A DNA stretch of 64,000 bases from an uncultured archaeon (lineage in GTDB: Archaea > Asgardarchaeota > Heimdallarchaeia > Heimdallarchaeales > Heimdallarchaeaceae), in the NCBI GenBank assembly GCA_964534625.1, contig CAZHRF010000008.1, positions 1-64,000 of the forward strand. Reading direction: 5' to 3'. The position numbers were made by a program, and so were the translations under genes. Each line of letters begins with the position of its first letter. Positions within the stretch are counted from its first letter, which is position 1. Below are positions 1 through 9,614 of the stretch, in pieces. Below the pieces are notes generated by a model. The model saw only the letters and a program-made list of their open reading frames with translations. It was not told the DNA's origin and made no database searches.

Positions 1-17
1 CCTCAGATGATTATCAT

Positions 18-2381
18 ATGTCCATCAAACCATTAATTTCCATTTCAGTGCGTGGATTAGTTGAATACGTATATAGGGGAGGAGATATATTTCTTGGCTT
101 CTTTAAACAATCTTCTGCTATTGATGGAATAAAAGGGCACAAAATTGTTCAAGATTCTAAAGGAAAAGAGTATCGAAAGGAGGTATCTATCTCCTATCTA
201 TATAAAGGAGATCTATTTGACCTTAAAATTGGAGGTAGAGTTGATGGAGTATTCTTTGATAAAGATCAAGTAATTATTGAAGAGATTAAAACTACTAATC
301 GACCATTAGGTGATATATTAAAACCTAAAAGAACTCACCTATCCCAAGCTAAATTATATGCTTACTTCTATGCAAAAAAACATTCATTAGCCTCAGTTAA
401 TGTTCAATTGACCTATTTCCATATTGATAGTAAAAAAACCAAATGTTTCAGTGAGCCTTATGTTCTTGAAGATTTAGAACATTTTTTTAAAAAATTAATC
501 TCTATTTATCTTGAATGGGCCAAAATATTGTATTCTTGGCATTTAACCCGTGATGAATCACTTAGTTCTCTTTCTTTTCCTTTCGCTGAATATAGAACTG
601 GACAAAAGAAGCTGATCAAAATAGCTAAAGAAATGATAAAAAAGGAAAAGTATCTATTTGTACAAGCTCCAACAGGAATAGGTAAAACTATTGGCATTCT
701 TTACCCATCTTTGCAAGCTTTAGCCGGGGAAAACCATTGTAAAATTTTTTATCTTACTGCTAAAACTACAACCCGCTCAGTTGTTCAAGAAACATTTGAA
801 ATTTTGTTTGCAAATGGTTTACACTGCAAAACGATCATTTTAACTGCGAAAGCAAAAACTTGTTTTAAAGAAGAACAAAAATGCACACCCGATTTTTGCG
901 AATTTGCCAAAGGACATTATGACAGAGTTAATGAAGCAATAACAGATGTGTTTTTGCATGAAAATCTTTTTACTCAGCAAGTAATTGAAACTTATGCTCA
1001 GAAACATCAAGTCTGTCCATTTGAGTTTTCTTTAGATCTTAGTTTATACGCTGATGTTATTGTGTGTGATTATAACTATGTTTTTGACCCTAGAGTGTAT
1101 CTCAGACGTTTCTTTTTAGAAGGCAATGATGACTATATTTTTCTGATAGATGAGGCGCATAATCTCGTTGACCGTTCTCGGGCAATGTTTTCTGCGCAAT
1201 TATATAAACGAGAATTTCTAGAACTGAAGAGAAAAACCAAAGAGAAATGCCCTTCTGTTTCCAAGATCCTTTGGAGAATTAATCTAAATTTTGTTGAAAT
1301 CAGAAAGAAAATTGAAAAGACCAGTAAGAACTATCTTATAAAGGATAATCCGCCATCTAAGCACTTAATTCAGAACCTTAATCTGTTATGTAAGAGGGCA
1401 GAAGCGTGGCTAGTTCTAAATGAGGATAGTGTTTTTAGACAGCAATTAATAGACTTGTATTTTGATGTAAGAGCATTTCTCAATATTTTAGAATTATTTG
1501 ATTATTATCACGTTGTCTATTATCAAAATTGGCGAAGAAATCTAAAAATGAACATTTTTTGTATTGATCCTTCTGTGTTATTACATGACATACTTAAAAG
1601 AGGAAAAGCTGTTATATTCTTTTCTGCCACTTTATCGCCAATGAACTATTTTGTTGAGTTGTTAGGTGGAAAAGAGAAAGCCGCAAAATTGATTTTACCC
1701 TCACCCTTTCCTGAAGAAAACTTGAAAGTACTTATTGCAGATAATATTTCCACTAAATATCGTGATCGTGACGTATCTTATACGCCTATTACAGATCTGT
1801 TATCTACTTTTGTTCAGTTTAAAACCAGTAATTATATCTGTTATTTCCCTTCATATGCGTATTTAGAGCACGTTTTAGATGCTTTTCAAGAAAAGAATTC
1901 AAGCATGGATATTCTTATACAAGAGAGTGAAATGTCAGAACACGAACGGGAGATGTTTTTAAACAAATTTTCTGAGGATAACAAAAATACTCTTGTTGGT
2001 TTTGGCGTTTTAGGTGGTATATTTTCTGAATCTATCGATCTAGTTGGTGAAAAACTTACTGGGGTTGCCATAATCGGTCCAGGTTTACCCAAAGTCTGTC
2101 TTGAACGTAATTTGATAAAAGATTATTTTGATAAGATAAACCATCATGGATTTCTTTTTGCATATACATTTCCTGGTCTCAGTAAGGTTCAACAAGCTAT
2201 GGGCAGAGTAATAAGATCAAGTACTGATAAAGGTGTAGTAATTCTCGTTGGTAAGCGTTTTACTAACTACTTTTATTCCAGCATTTTTACAAAAAACATT
2301 AGAAGTTATTCAATTATCAAAACATCAGCTCAACTTAAATCTCAATTAGAATCATTCTGGGTGAGTGAAGAAATCAGATAA
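18..2381 (+). CDS. XPD/DinG (Rad3)-family Fe-S DNA helicase with N-terminal PD-(D/E)XK nuclease-like domain
   Basis: Q motif YRTGQ, Walker A APTGIGKT, DEAH, SAT, QQAMGRVIR; Fe-S Cys set (TCF..KCTPDFC..VCPFEF); N-terminal GRVDG..IEEIKT..QAKLY. Confidence 0.9.
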   Translation: MSIKPLISISVRGLVEYVYRGGDIFLGFFKQSSAIDGIKGHKIVQDSKGKEYRKEVSISYLYKGDLFDLKIGGRVDGVFFDKDQVIIEEIKTTNRPLGDILKPKRTHLSQAKLYAYFYAKKHSLASVNVQLTYFHIDSKKTKCFSEPYVLEDLEHFFKKLISIYLEWAKILYSWHLTRDESLSSLSFPFAEYRTGQKKLIKIAKEMIKKEKYLFVQAPTGIGKTIGILYPSLQALAGENHCKIFYLTAKTTTRSVVQETFEILFANGLHCKTIILTAKAKTCFKEEQKCTPDFCEFAKGHYDRVNEAITDVFLHENLFTQQVIETYAQKHQVCPFEFSLDLSLYADVIVCDYNYVFDPRVYLRRFFLEGNDDYIFLIDEAHNLVDRSRAMFSAQLYKREFLELKRKTKEKCPSVSKILWRINLNFVEIRKKIEKTSKNYLIKDNPPSKHLIQNLNLLCKRAEAWLVLNEDSVFRQQLIDLYFDVRAFLNILELFDYYHVVYYQNWRRNLKMNIFCIDPSVLLHDILKRGKAVIFFSATLSPMNYFVELLGGKEKAAKLILPSPFPEENLKVLIADNISTKYRDRDVSYTPITDLLSTFVQFKTSNYICYFPSYAYLEHVLDAFQEKNSSMDILIQESEMSEHEREMFLNKFSEDNKNTLVGFGVLGGIFSESIDLVGEKLTGVAIIGPGLPKVCLERNLIKDYFDKINHHGFLFAYTFPGLSKVQQAMGRVIRSSTDKGVVILVGKRFTNYFYSSIFTKNIRSYSIIKTSAQLKSQLESFWVSEEIR

Positions 2382-2516
2382 AACAAGGAAAACTACTTTA
2401 GCATTATGCACATAATGTATTACTATCAGTTAAAAACCATCTAAAATTTACTAGAATATAAGAAAATTTTTTCATTCGGAATAGTAATTTAAGTAGAAAA
2501 ATTAATAATCCCTTTT

Positions 2517-2568
2517 TTTTACCTATCCTAGCCAGAATGCCCACTCACTTGGGGGTGGAATAGTTCAT
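2517..2568 (+). mobile_element. ~50-bp IS200/IS605-end-like hairpin mini-element, copy A
   Basis: tttac|ctatcctagccaGAATgcccactcacttgggggtggaatagtTCAT; closely matches the reverse complement of 56830-56879 and is related to 55816-55865. Confidence 0.7.
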
Positions 2569-2610
2569 TCTCTTAACAGCTGAAATCACTAATTTAATGG
2601 ACGAACATTC

Positions 2611-3843
2611 ATGAAACTTTCCAACCCGTGGAAAATTGCAATATTTACGATTCTATTCTATAGTTTTTGTTTTGCTGTACATTTTCTCTATACTCAATAT
2701 ATTGATCCGACTTATCAAAGAATAATTGCTGATCAATGGATCTTCTTTATTAGAGGAGACGGGTTAATTAGCGGATTAATACCCTATAAAGATTTTAGTA
2801 ATGCTGCTGGTCCTCTTGCTCCATTGATGTGGGGGACTATAGTCATTATTTGTCGTTTAACGGGTTTAGATATAACCTATGAAAGCGATTCATTTAGCTA
2901 CATGTTAAGAATATTTTTCATTATTGGCGTTATTTTTTCTGCAATTATTATATATCGAATGGAAAGTGAGAGAAAGAATCCTCACGCGTATTCACTGACT
3001 CTTCTTTATTGTTTTAACCCTTTTTTTGTAATTCTTGCAACATTTTGGGGTTCAGACGAGCTTTTAGTGCCTTTATTGATGATTCTCCCTGTCTATTTAT
3101 ATGAGCGAGGAAATATAACCATGGGAACATTATCTATATTTATTGGTACAGGGCTTAAATATTGGCCAATAATTTTTGCTCCCCTCGTATGGATTTACAC
3201 AAAGGATTGGAGACAAAGAATAAAACAAACGATTCTTTTGATCTCTCTTCTCTTACTAATGCTGGCTGGTGCGTATATTCTGAGTGATGGGGAGGTACTA
3301 AAACATATTGACAGATCTGGTACGGCAGAGGGAGATCATGGAATAACTGCTGTTATGGATGCCATGTTTAACATTGGAATAAAAACATACAGTCGTTTTT
3401 TTACGATAGGAACTATTGTAGGATTAGGATTAGTGGGATTATACTTGTTCTATAGAAGAGAGGATTGGACATATCACAGGGCTGTTGCTCTCTGTTTTAC
3501 TTATCTTTTATTCTATCAAAAAATACAAAGCAGTTATATGGTAATGGCATACCCATTTATTTTAGCTGGAATATATCTAAATTCAGAACGACGATGGTTC
3601 AATTTGGGATATTATTTCCTTGCTATGATGATGGGAGTTGCTGCGATTGAATTGATAGAAAAAAGGGCAAGAACTACTCTGGTTTTGGTTTACTGGGTCT
3701 TCTTGTTTTATACATATTATGCTAACCTGATAGCTGTTCTGATAATCTATCTTTTTGACTTACTAAAAGAACAAGAAAGTGAGGAAGAGATCATTGCGAG
3801 AGGCCATGAAAAATTAAAAAATAGTTTACCTTGTAAAGAATAG
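2611..3843 (+). CDS. GT-C fold polytopic glycosyltransferase (GT87/PIG-M-like)
   Basis: ~10 TM segments; motifs GLIPYKDF, LYCFNPFF, GSDE, GLKYWP. Confidence 0.7.
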   Translation: MKLSNPWKIAIFTILFYSFCFAVHFLYTQYIDPTYQRIIADQWIFFIRGDGLISGLIPYKDFSNAAGPLAPLMWGTIVIICRLTGLDITYESDSFSYMLRIFFIIGVIFSAIIIYRMESERKNPHAYSLTLLYCFNPFFVILATFWGSDELLVPLLMILPVYLYERGNITMGTLSIFIGTGLKYWPIIFAPLVWIYTKDWRQRIKQTILLISLLLLMLAGAYILSDGEVLKHIDRSGTAEGDHGITAVMDAMFNIGIKTYSRFFTIGTIVGLGLVGLYLFYRREDWTYHRAVALCFTYLLFYQKIQSSYMVMAYPFILAGIYLNSERRWFNLGYYFLAMMMGVAAIELIEKRARTTLVLVYWVFLFYTYYANLIAVLIIYLFDLLKEQESEEEIIARGHEKLKNSLPCKE

Positions 3844-3865
3844 TTTATCTTCTTTCATCATTCTT

Positions 3866-5140
3866 TCATTCTCTGTTATTTTCTTTTGTAGGTTCATTAA
3901 TTTTTGTTATTTCATTCAAATAGAGTTTTTCTATGCACTCATTAATTGTAGCACAATCTGCTTTGAAAATATCAATATGCTCGCCCGATAAAAGATAAAA
4001 GGCTATTTCACCAATATCCTTGGTGAATAAAGTATTTATCTCATCTTTAGCTAGCATCTTCGATAGTTTTAGTCCTGCATGTTGCTTCTTTTCTACGAAA
4101 GGATTGTCTACAATTCTTGTTTCCTTAATTTCTTTTTTTTGTCTATCAAGTGAAATAAACAGCAAATGAGGGGCTCTCCCAAAATGATCATAAACAGGAT
4201 AATCCAAATTAATATCATCTTTATTCTTTTCAATATTTATTGGAAAAATAATTCTTAGCTTATTCCTAATGGCGGGTTCAACATGAACAATGAAAGAGAT
4301 AACTTCTGGAATACTCTCTATAATTTTTTGTTGTATTTCATCAGCCAATTCATGGGCACATTCAAAATCTCTTGCTCCTTCAATAGCTATCTCTGCATCA
4401 CCAAGATAATATGCACCCGTTTTTCTAACTCTTATTCTGTTTATATTTTCTACGCCTACAGTATCTTTTATTACCTCTTCAATTTTTTCTTGCATTTTTC
4501 CATCAGAGTAATCTAAGAGTGCCAAGATTGATTCTGTAGCTATTTCTAAACCTACTTTAAAAGCCAACGATGAAATTAAAATCGTTATTATTCCTTCAGC
4601 GTAGTTGATCTTAAAATACGAGCATATTATACCAAACAAAATAATTATCCCTCTAAAAGAATCAGTAATTTTATCTTTTGCATTAGCCAAAATTGTTGGA
4701 GAACTAGTTGCTTGTCCTACTCTTTTTAGATAAATATATAATATTAATGAGGTTATTGAAGAAAAAATTGCAACGCCCATGGCATAAAAAGGGATTTGAA
4801 TAGAAGGTACTTCAAAAAAACTTTTGATTCCTTCATAAACTAGTGTGCCTGATCCTATGAAAATTAAAATGGCAATACCTAGAGTTATCAAATTTTCAAT
4901 TTTATAGTATCCATAAGAAAATCGCTTATCCGGAGGGCGCGAAACTAATTTCAATCCTATGATAGAAGAAATCGCAACTACAAGATCGGTAGAAGAATCA
5001 ACCGCATCAGACAATAACGCTGTGGAATTTGATAGAAACCCAATTAATATTTTAAGAATAATAAATATTGAAACAACTGCAATGACAATATACATACTTT
5101 GAATAGATTTTTTTTGATCTCTTTCCTTTTTCATTTCCAT
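3866..5140 (-). CDS. Cation diffusion facilitator (FieF-like) with C-terminal NifB/NifX-like domain
   Basis: STALLSDA, PPDKRFSYGYYKIE, VHVEP dimerisation domain, then DHFGRAP; start moved to ATG 5140 because the track extension overlaps the upstream gene. Confidence 0.88.
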   Translation of the reverse strand: MEMKKERDQKKSIQSMYIVIAVVSIFIILKILIGFLSNSTALLSDAVDSSTDLVVAISSIIGLKLVSRPPDKRFSYGYYKIENLITLGIAILIFIGSGTLVYEGIKSFFEVPSIQIPFYAMGVAIFSSITSLILYIYLKRVGQATSSPTILANAKDKITDSFRGIIILFGIICSYFKINYAEGIITILISSLAFKVGLEIATESILALLDYSDGKMQEKIEEVIKDTVGVENINRIRVRKTGAYYLGDAEIAIEGARDFECAHELADEIQQKIIESIPEVISFIVHVEPAIRNKLRIIFPINIEKNKDDINLDYPVYDHFGRAPHLLFISLDRQKKEIKETRIVDNPFVEKKQHAGLKLSKMLAKDEINTLFTKDIGEIAFYLLSGEHIDIFKADCATINECIEKLYLNEITKINEPTKENNRE

Positions 5141-5250
5141 AGTAACCGAATCCCACTTGACATAAAGACTTTTTATAAATATACTTTCTTTTGAATTATT
5201 CACCCTTATTTTGATGTCATCAAAAGTGCTTTCTAGGCAATAATAGCACA

Positions 5251-6390
5251 TCAATATTCGTTAATAAGCTTACTATATATGTTTCTTATTCTTTTGCCTA
5301 CAGTATTAATATCATATGAATTTTTAAATATCTCTTTACCTTTAGTCGAAAGATTATTTCTAAGGTCTTTATTTTCTTTCATCAGGTTGATTTTTTCTTT
5401 TATGTCATCTACATCATTTGGGTCATAGAAGACAGCATTATTTTTTGTGGCTACACGATTTATTTTTTGATCTGATGCTAAGATGGGTAATCCCGCCCCT
5501 AAGTATTCTAGAATTTTTCGTGGATATCCGGCCATATTTGTTACTAGATCAAACCATGCAGTTGTACCTTTATGCATATAAATCGTACCTACATCAAATG
5601 TTGAAAGAACAGTTGGAATCTGATGATACGGTACATGCCCCATATATGTTACATTTTTTGGTAGATAAGTGGGTCTTGGTAATCCGTATAACTGCAATTC
5701 TATGTCATCAATCTTGGAAAAAACTCTGTAAAAATCATTCAGGTCTCTTTTTTTCTGGAGTGAACCAATATATCCAAAAATTAATTTTGACCCAAACCTT
5801 TCATTATTTTTCCTTTCAACAGGTTTTAAGTGCATAGTATTTGGAATTACAGCTGAATTTTCATAGTGGTTGTTCATCATGGTTTCATAATACTGTTGAT
5901 GTTCTTTTGTGATAAAGAAATGAAAATCTGCATAATTCATGAATAGTTTTTCAAAATTATACAATCCTCTTTGAATGACCTTTCCCAAATACTTTTTTAT
6001 TTTGAATCTTGCTAAAAGCATTTCTATCCATAGTGATCGAATGTCATTAATGATTTTTGTCTTATTATTTTTTTTAATTCTGCTTAACCATGTTGCCATG
6101 TTAGCTGTTAAATTAGGTTGAAAAGTATGAATAATATCGAAATTATTGATTTGATTGATCATGCTTGCTGAATATGATACAAATTTAAGATTGCCTAATA
6201 ATGAATATGTGTCTGTTTTTGTTCCTACTATTTTCATTTTTCCTTTTTTCTGTGTCGGAGAAGAACAAACGATGGTTACTTCATCCCCTTGCTTAAGAAA
6301 ATAATTGGACATGGCTAAAAGTCTTGATGAGAAAGCCAACTGGTTTTCAAGATTTACATTTTCCACAAAAGCTATTTTCACATTAATCAT
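5251..6390 (-). CDS. Glycosyltransferase family 4
   Basis: DIIHTF, YIGSLQKKRD, PRKILEYLGAGLPILASD; start ATG 6390 or GTG 6381. Confidence 0.88.
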   Translation of the reverse strand: MINVKIAFVENVNLENQLAFSSRLLAMSNYFLKQGDEVTIVCSSPTQKKGKMKIVGTKTDTYSLLGNLKFVSYSASMINQINNFDIIHTFQPNLTANMATWLSRIKKNNKTKIINDIRSLWIEMLLARFKIKKYLGKVIQRGLYNFEKLFMNYADFHFFITKEHQQYYETMMNNHYENSAVIPNTMHLKPVERKNNERFGSKLIFGYIGSLQKKRDLNDFYRVFSKIDDIELQLYGLPRPTYLPKNVTYMGHVPYHQIPTVLSTFDVGTIYMHKGTTAWFDLVTNMAGYPRKILEYLGAGLPILASDQKINRVATKNNAVFYDPNDVDDIKEKINLMKENKDLRNNLSTKGKEIFKNSYDINTVGKRIRNIYSKLINEY

Positions 6391-8281
6391 CCTCAATACA
6401 GGCGAACTTACGTAATGCGTTTCTAATATAATCTAAATTAATCTTTAGGTCATATGAATCGTTTTTATCAAAAAAGTCACTAACAGTAGTGATGGTCTTG
6501 ATATCTGTTATAGAATAAAATGTTCTAAAAGTGAGTTCTAGGTCAATTATATGCATCAAAAACTTCTCCAAATGATTTTTATGCTTATCAAACTCTCTGA
6601 ACATCTTTTGGGTTTTCTTTTTATCTATTATTGTCCATATGATAGAATCTTCATTAAAAATTAGTGGGTCAATAAATGTCTCTTGATATTGTTTGTTTTT
6701 CATCCACTCTTCTAAAGGAATAGCCATATACTGAGGAATGATTTTTAGTCTTGTTATGCTTTCTACTTTCTGCAGTATCTTTAGTCCTTTTTTTGCGAAC
6801 GGTACTCTATTAAACCATTTTTTAGCTGTTGAATCAAGTTCTAACAATTCAGGATTGATATCTTGTAATATTGTCTTGTGAAGATTGCTTTTCCTACGAT
6901 ATTTGTGATGCAATTTGACAAAGTTTGTAAAAACAAGTGGATGGTAATAAGGTTTAACTACTGGTGCATATTGATCCATTGTTAAAGGGTTACCATTAAC
7001 ATATCCTCTCCCCCGGATTTGTGAAATCTGACATTCCAAGTCCATAATTTCATTGTCTATTGGCCACATTAATGTAGTATGCTGCTTTATTCCTTGTAGG
7101 ATTAAATTTTTGATATTATTTTTCCCTTCTTTAGTTATTTTTACAAAGTCTTTGAAAGGAAAAGAGAAATTATGTGTTTGGAGCATAGAAAATAATCTTT
7201 CATTTCTTTTTTCATACTTTGGAAGAGCTTTATCAATATCTACAAAGAATCTGCCTCCAAATTGCGTACCACCCATATATCCATCGACATAACAATAAGG
7301 TTTCTCAAATTCTTCTAGAAAGGGATGAAGGATTGAGGCTATGTGATTGGTATATCCCTCAGATATCCAAAAATGTTCAATGTAATTGTTGCAAACATCT
7401 GTTACTCCTACAATTTTAGCGGCGTGTTCAATATCTAACAACTCGGATACTTGTCTAGCTTTGTTAATCTCTAATCCTGGATCTGACGTATCATAGGTTA
7501 GTGTTTTACTTCTCTTTTTCTTTTTATCTTCTATTAAACTGATATTTAATCTTGAATCAAATCCACCTGTTAGAAAAAAGAAGGTAGGAATAGTTGAATT
7601 GGTGGAGTATAACCGATTTATCACTTGTTTAAATATGGTTGTTATTTTTTTTCTTTGTTCTTCAAATTGCAAATTTTCATTGTAGTCTGTTGGAAATGCA
7701 TACCAAAAATCATAGTGGTGTAAAGCCAAATTAAATTTAGATGGTAAATCACTCTCCCAATCAGTAATTTGGATATGGGCGTTATAAGGTAGAAGTTTAA
7801 TGCTTTTGAATAGTGTTTTATATCCTAAAGCAAAATGACCAAAAATATATTCAATAGCAGCATCATAGTCGATTTTTTCAATAAGTGTGGGTTCTGCAAG
7901 AACTATATATTTGAGATGTGAAGAGAGTAAAAGATCATTATTTTGAGTAATAGCTGCAAAAACATATTCCAAACCGAAAGGATCAGTTTTAACAGAAAGG
8001 TGATTGTGTAACGAATCTACAGTAATATTAGGACCATAAGAATCAACTTCTTTTTTTCCTCCGTCAGAGATGATAGGGTTTTTTATTTTATTTGTTTGAA
8101 GCTCAAACGTGTCATTATTTCCTTTAATCTGATAATTGTTTTCATAGAGGTCACCTATTATCAATTGGTAATTACTTTTTTCGAATTCTTCATAACATTT
8201 AGATCTAGAAAAAATCTGTTTAATTTTTTTGTTAATATAATTTTTTTTGGTGTTTCGGATTATAAGCAAAAAATGTGTCAA
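6383..8281 (-). CDS. Asparagine synthetase-related protein (AsnB-like, no N-terminal Cys)
   Basis: TDPFG, GYKTLFKSIKLLP, PP-loop LTGGFDSR; SD GAGGTGA before a TTG start. Confidence 0.78.
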   Translation of the reverse strand: MTHFLLIIRNTKKNYINKKIKQIFSRSKCYEEFEKSNYQLIIGDLYENNYQIKGNNDTFELQTNKIKNPIISDGGKKEVDSYGPNITVDSLHNHLSVKTDPFGLEYVFAAITQNNDLLLSSHLKYIVLAEPTLIEKIDYDAAIEYIFGHFALGYKTLFKSIKLLPYNAHIQITDWESDLPSKFNLALHHYDFWYAFPTDYNENLQFEEQRKKITTIFKQVINRLYSTNSTIPTFFFLTGGFDSRLNISLIEDKKKKRSKTLTYDTSDPGLEINKARQVSELLDIEHAAKIVGVTDVCNNYIEHFWISEGYTNHIASILHPFLEEFEKPYCYVDGYMGGTQFGGRFFVDIDKALPKYEKRNERLFSMLQTHNFSFPFKDFVKITKEGKNNIKNLILQGIKQHTTLMWPIDNEIMDLECQISQIRGRGYVNGNPLTMDQYAPVVKPYYHPLVFTNFVKLHHKYRRKSNLHKTILQDINPELLELDSTAKKWFNRVPFAKKGLKILQKVESITRLKIIPQYMAIPLEEWMKNKQYQETFIDPLIFNEDSIIWTIIDKKKTQKMFREFDKHKNHLEKFLMHIIDLELTFRTFYSITDIKTITTVSDFFDKNDSYDLKINLDYIRNALRKFACIEDD

Positions 8282-8335
8282 ATATTCACCTCTATTTATT
8301 CTTATTGTGTATTTTTTACCAACATTCGTTGTTAT

Positions 8336-9301
8336 TTATAATTTTCCCAAGTCTCTTCTCCAAGAGTAATCTTCTTTAGCTATTAAGGTTACAGCAGAAT
8401 CTTCTTTTTGATCAATAATTTTTAAATCCGTTTCTTTAATTATCTCCTTACTAAACTCCATAATTTTAGGAAATCTGGGCATTTGAGCATAGGTAAGGCG
8501 TTTTCTTGCATCTCCAACTGACATAAATCCCTTCGGTTCTAAGAAATGCGATTCAGATTGTAAGAATAATTGTGCAAATTTATTGGGCTCAACCATATTG
8601 TATTCTGGAACAAGTGTTAGACGCATAACTTTCCTCGTATCAATAGAAGGCAATAGTTCTATGGTCTCCATTACTTTTTTCCAGGTGTTATCGGAAGATG
8701 GACGAGCTGTTTTTTTGAAAGATTCTTTAGTAGGCGCAATAATAGTCACATAAAGTTGGGTAGGTAAAGGATCAAGTTTTTCAAGTACTTCGGGGGTGGT
8801 TCCATTTGTTACAAGAAAAGTGGTAAAATCTCTTTTATGAAATTCTTCTATCAATTCATTAATTCTTGGATAAAATGTAGGCTCTCCACTTAAAGAGATA
8901 GCTGCATGTCGGGGATTATATGCTTCTTGAAAGAGTTCATTTGGTACCTCTTTATTTCCTTTAAATCCTGAAATGAGTTTTCTTTGTTGATAAATGAGTT
9001 CATCAATAATCTCAGCTGGATCATCGACTTTGCCATCCATCATTTTCTTGTTGTACCATGAAGCACTTCTCCAACAAAATATACATTTTAGATTGCACCA
9101 TATAGTTGCAGGCGTACATTGAAGGCATTGATGAGACTTGATACCATAAAATTGCTGTTTATAACAGACCCCCTCACCACGAAGGGCATGTTTCAACCAT
9201 GTACAGATTTTAACAGCTGAATGGTTACCTGCTATGCGATATTTCTGTTTCTCAAGTTTGTCTTTAATCTTCTCAGGAATGGTGCATCTTTTACTAGACA
9301 T
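8336..9301 (-). CDS. taw1: 4-demethylwyosine synthase (radical SAM, Taw1/TYW1)
   Basis: HSAVKICTW, CYKQQFYGIKSHQCLQ, CNLKCIFCWR, AISLSGEPT, FLVTNGT. Confidence 0.96.
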   Translation of the reverse strand: MSSKRCTIPEKIKDKLEKQKYRIAGNHSAVKICTWLKHALRGEGVCYKQQFYGIKSHQCLQCTPATIWCNLKCIFCWRSASWYNKKMMDGKVDDPAEIIDELIYQQRKLISGFKGNKEVPNELFQEAYNPRHAAISLSGEPTFYPRINELIEEFHKRDFTTFLVTNGTTPEVLEKLDPLPTQLYVTIIAPTKESFKKTARPSSDNTWKKVMETIELLPSIDTRKVMRLTLVPEYNMVEPNKFAQLFLQSESHFLEPKGFMSVGDARKRLTYAQMPRFPKIMEFSKEIIKETDLKIIDQKEDSAVTLIAKEDYSWRRDLGKL

Positions 9302-9349
9302 GGGTTAAGTGATAAATACTTAATCTGTATAAGATATTTACGATATAAT

Positions 9350-9459
9350 TAGTACTATTGTAAATTAAGAAAATATTCAAGGTGTTTATCCATTTAAAGA
9401 GAATTTTAGTCTATTTTATCACATAATTCATACAATAGAGAACTATTTTGAAAAAACTA
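9350..9459 (-). mobile_element. MITE copy 1 (degenerate TIRs)
   Basis: Aligns over its full length with the reverse complement of 16652-16758; 5-bp direct repeat ataat on both sides. Confidence 0.75.
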
Positions 9460-9614
9460 ATAATTAAGAAACACAACTGAAAGACTATGTAGTTCATTCA
9501 TCTTATATTTTTAATATGCCAACTATTAACGACAAAAACGCATTTTATATCTAAACATGCTTTTTTTATGAAAATAGTAGTTAAATTTTTATGAACTAAG
9601 TGTTATTATTAATT

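Noticed and set aside
2392-2486. Possible further MITE relics (ttcattcggaatagta here; also about 21098-21116 and 41990-42084)
   Set aside because: Only one end or patchy similarity and no TSD; cannot be supported by eye
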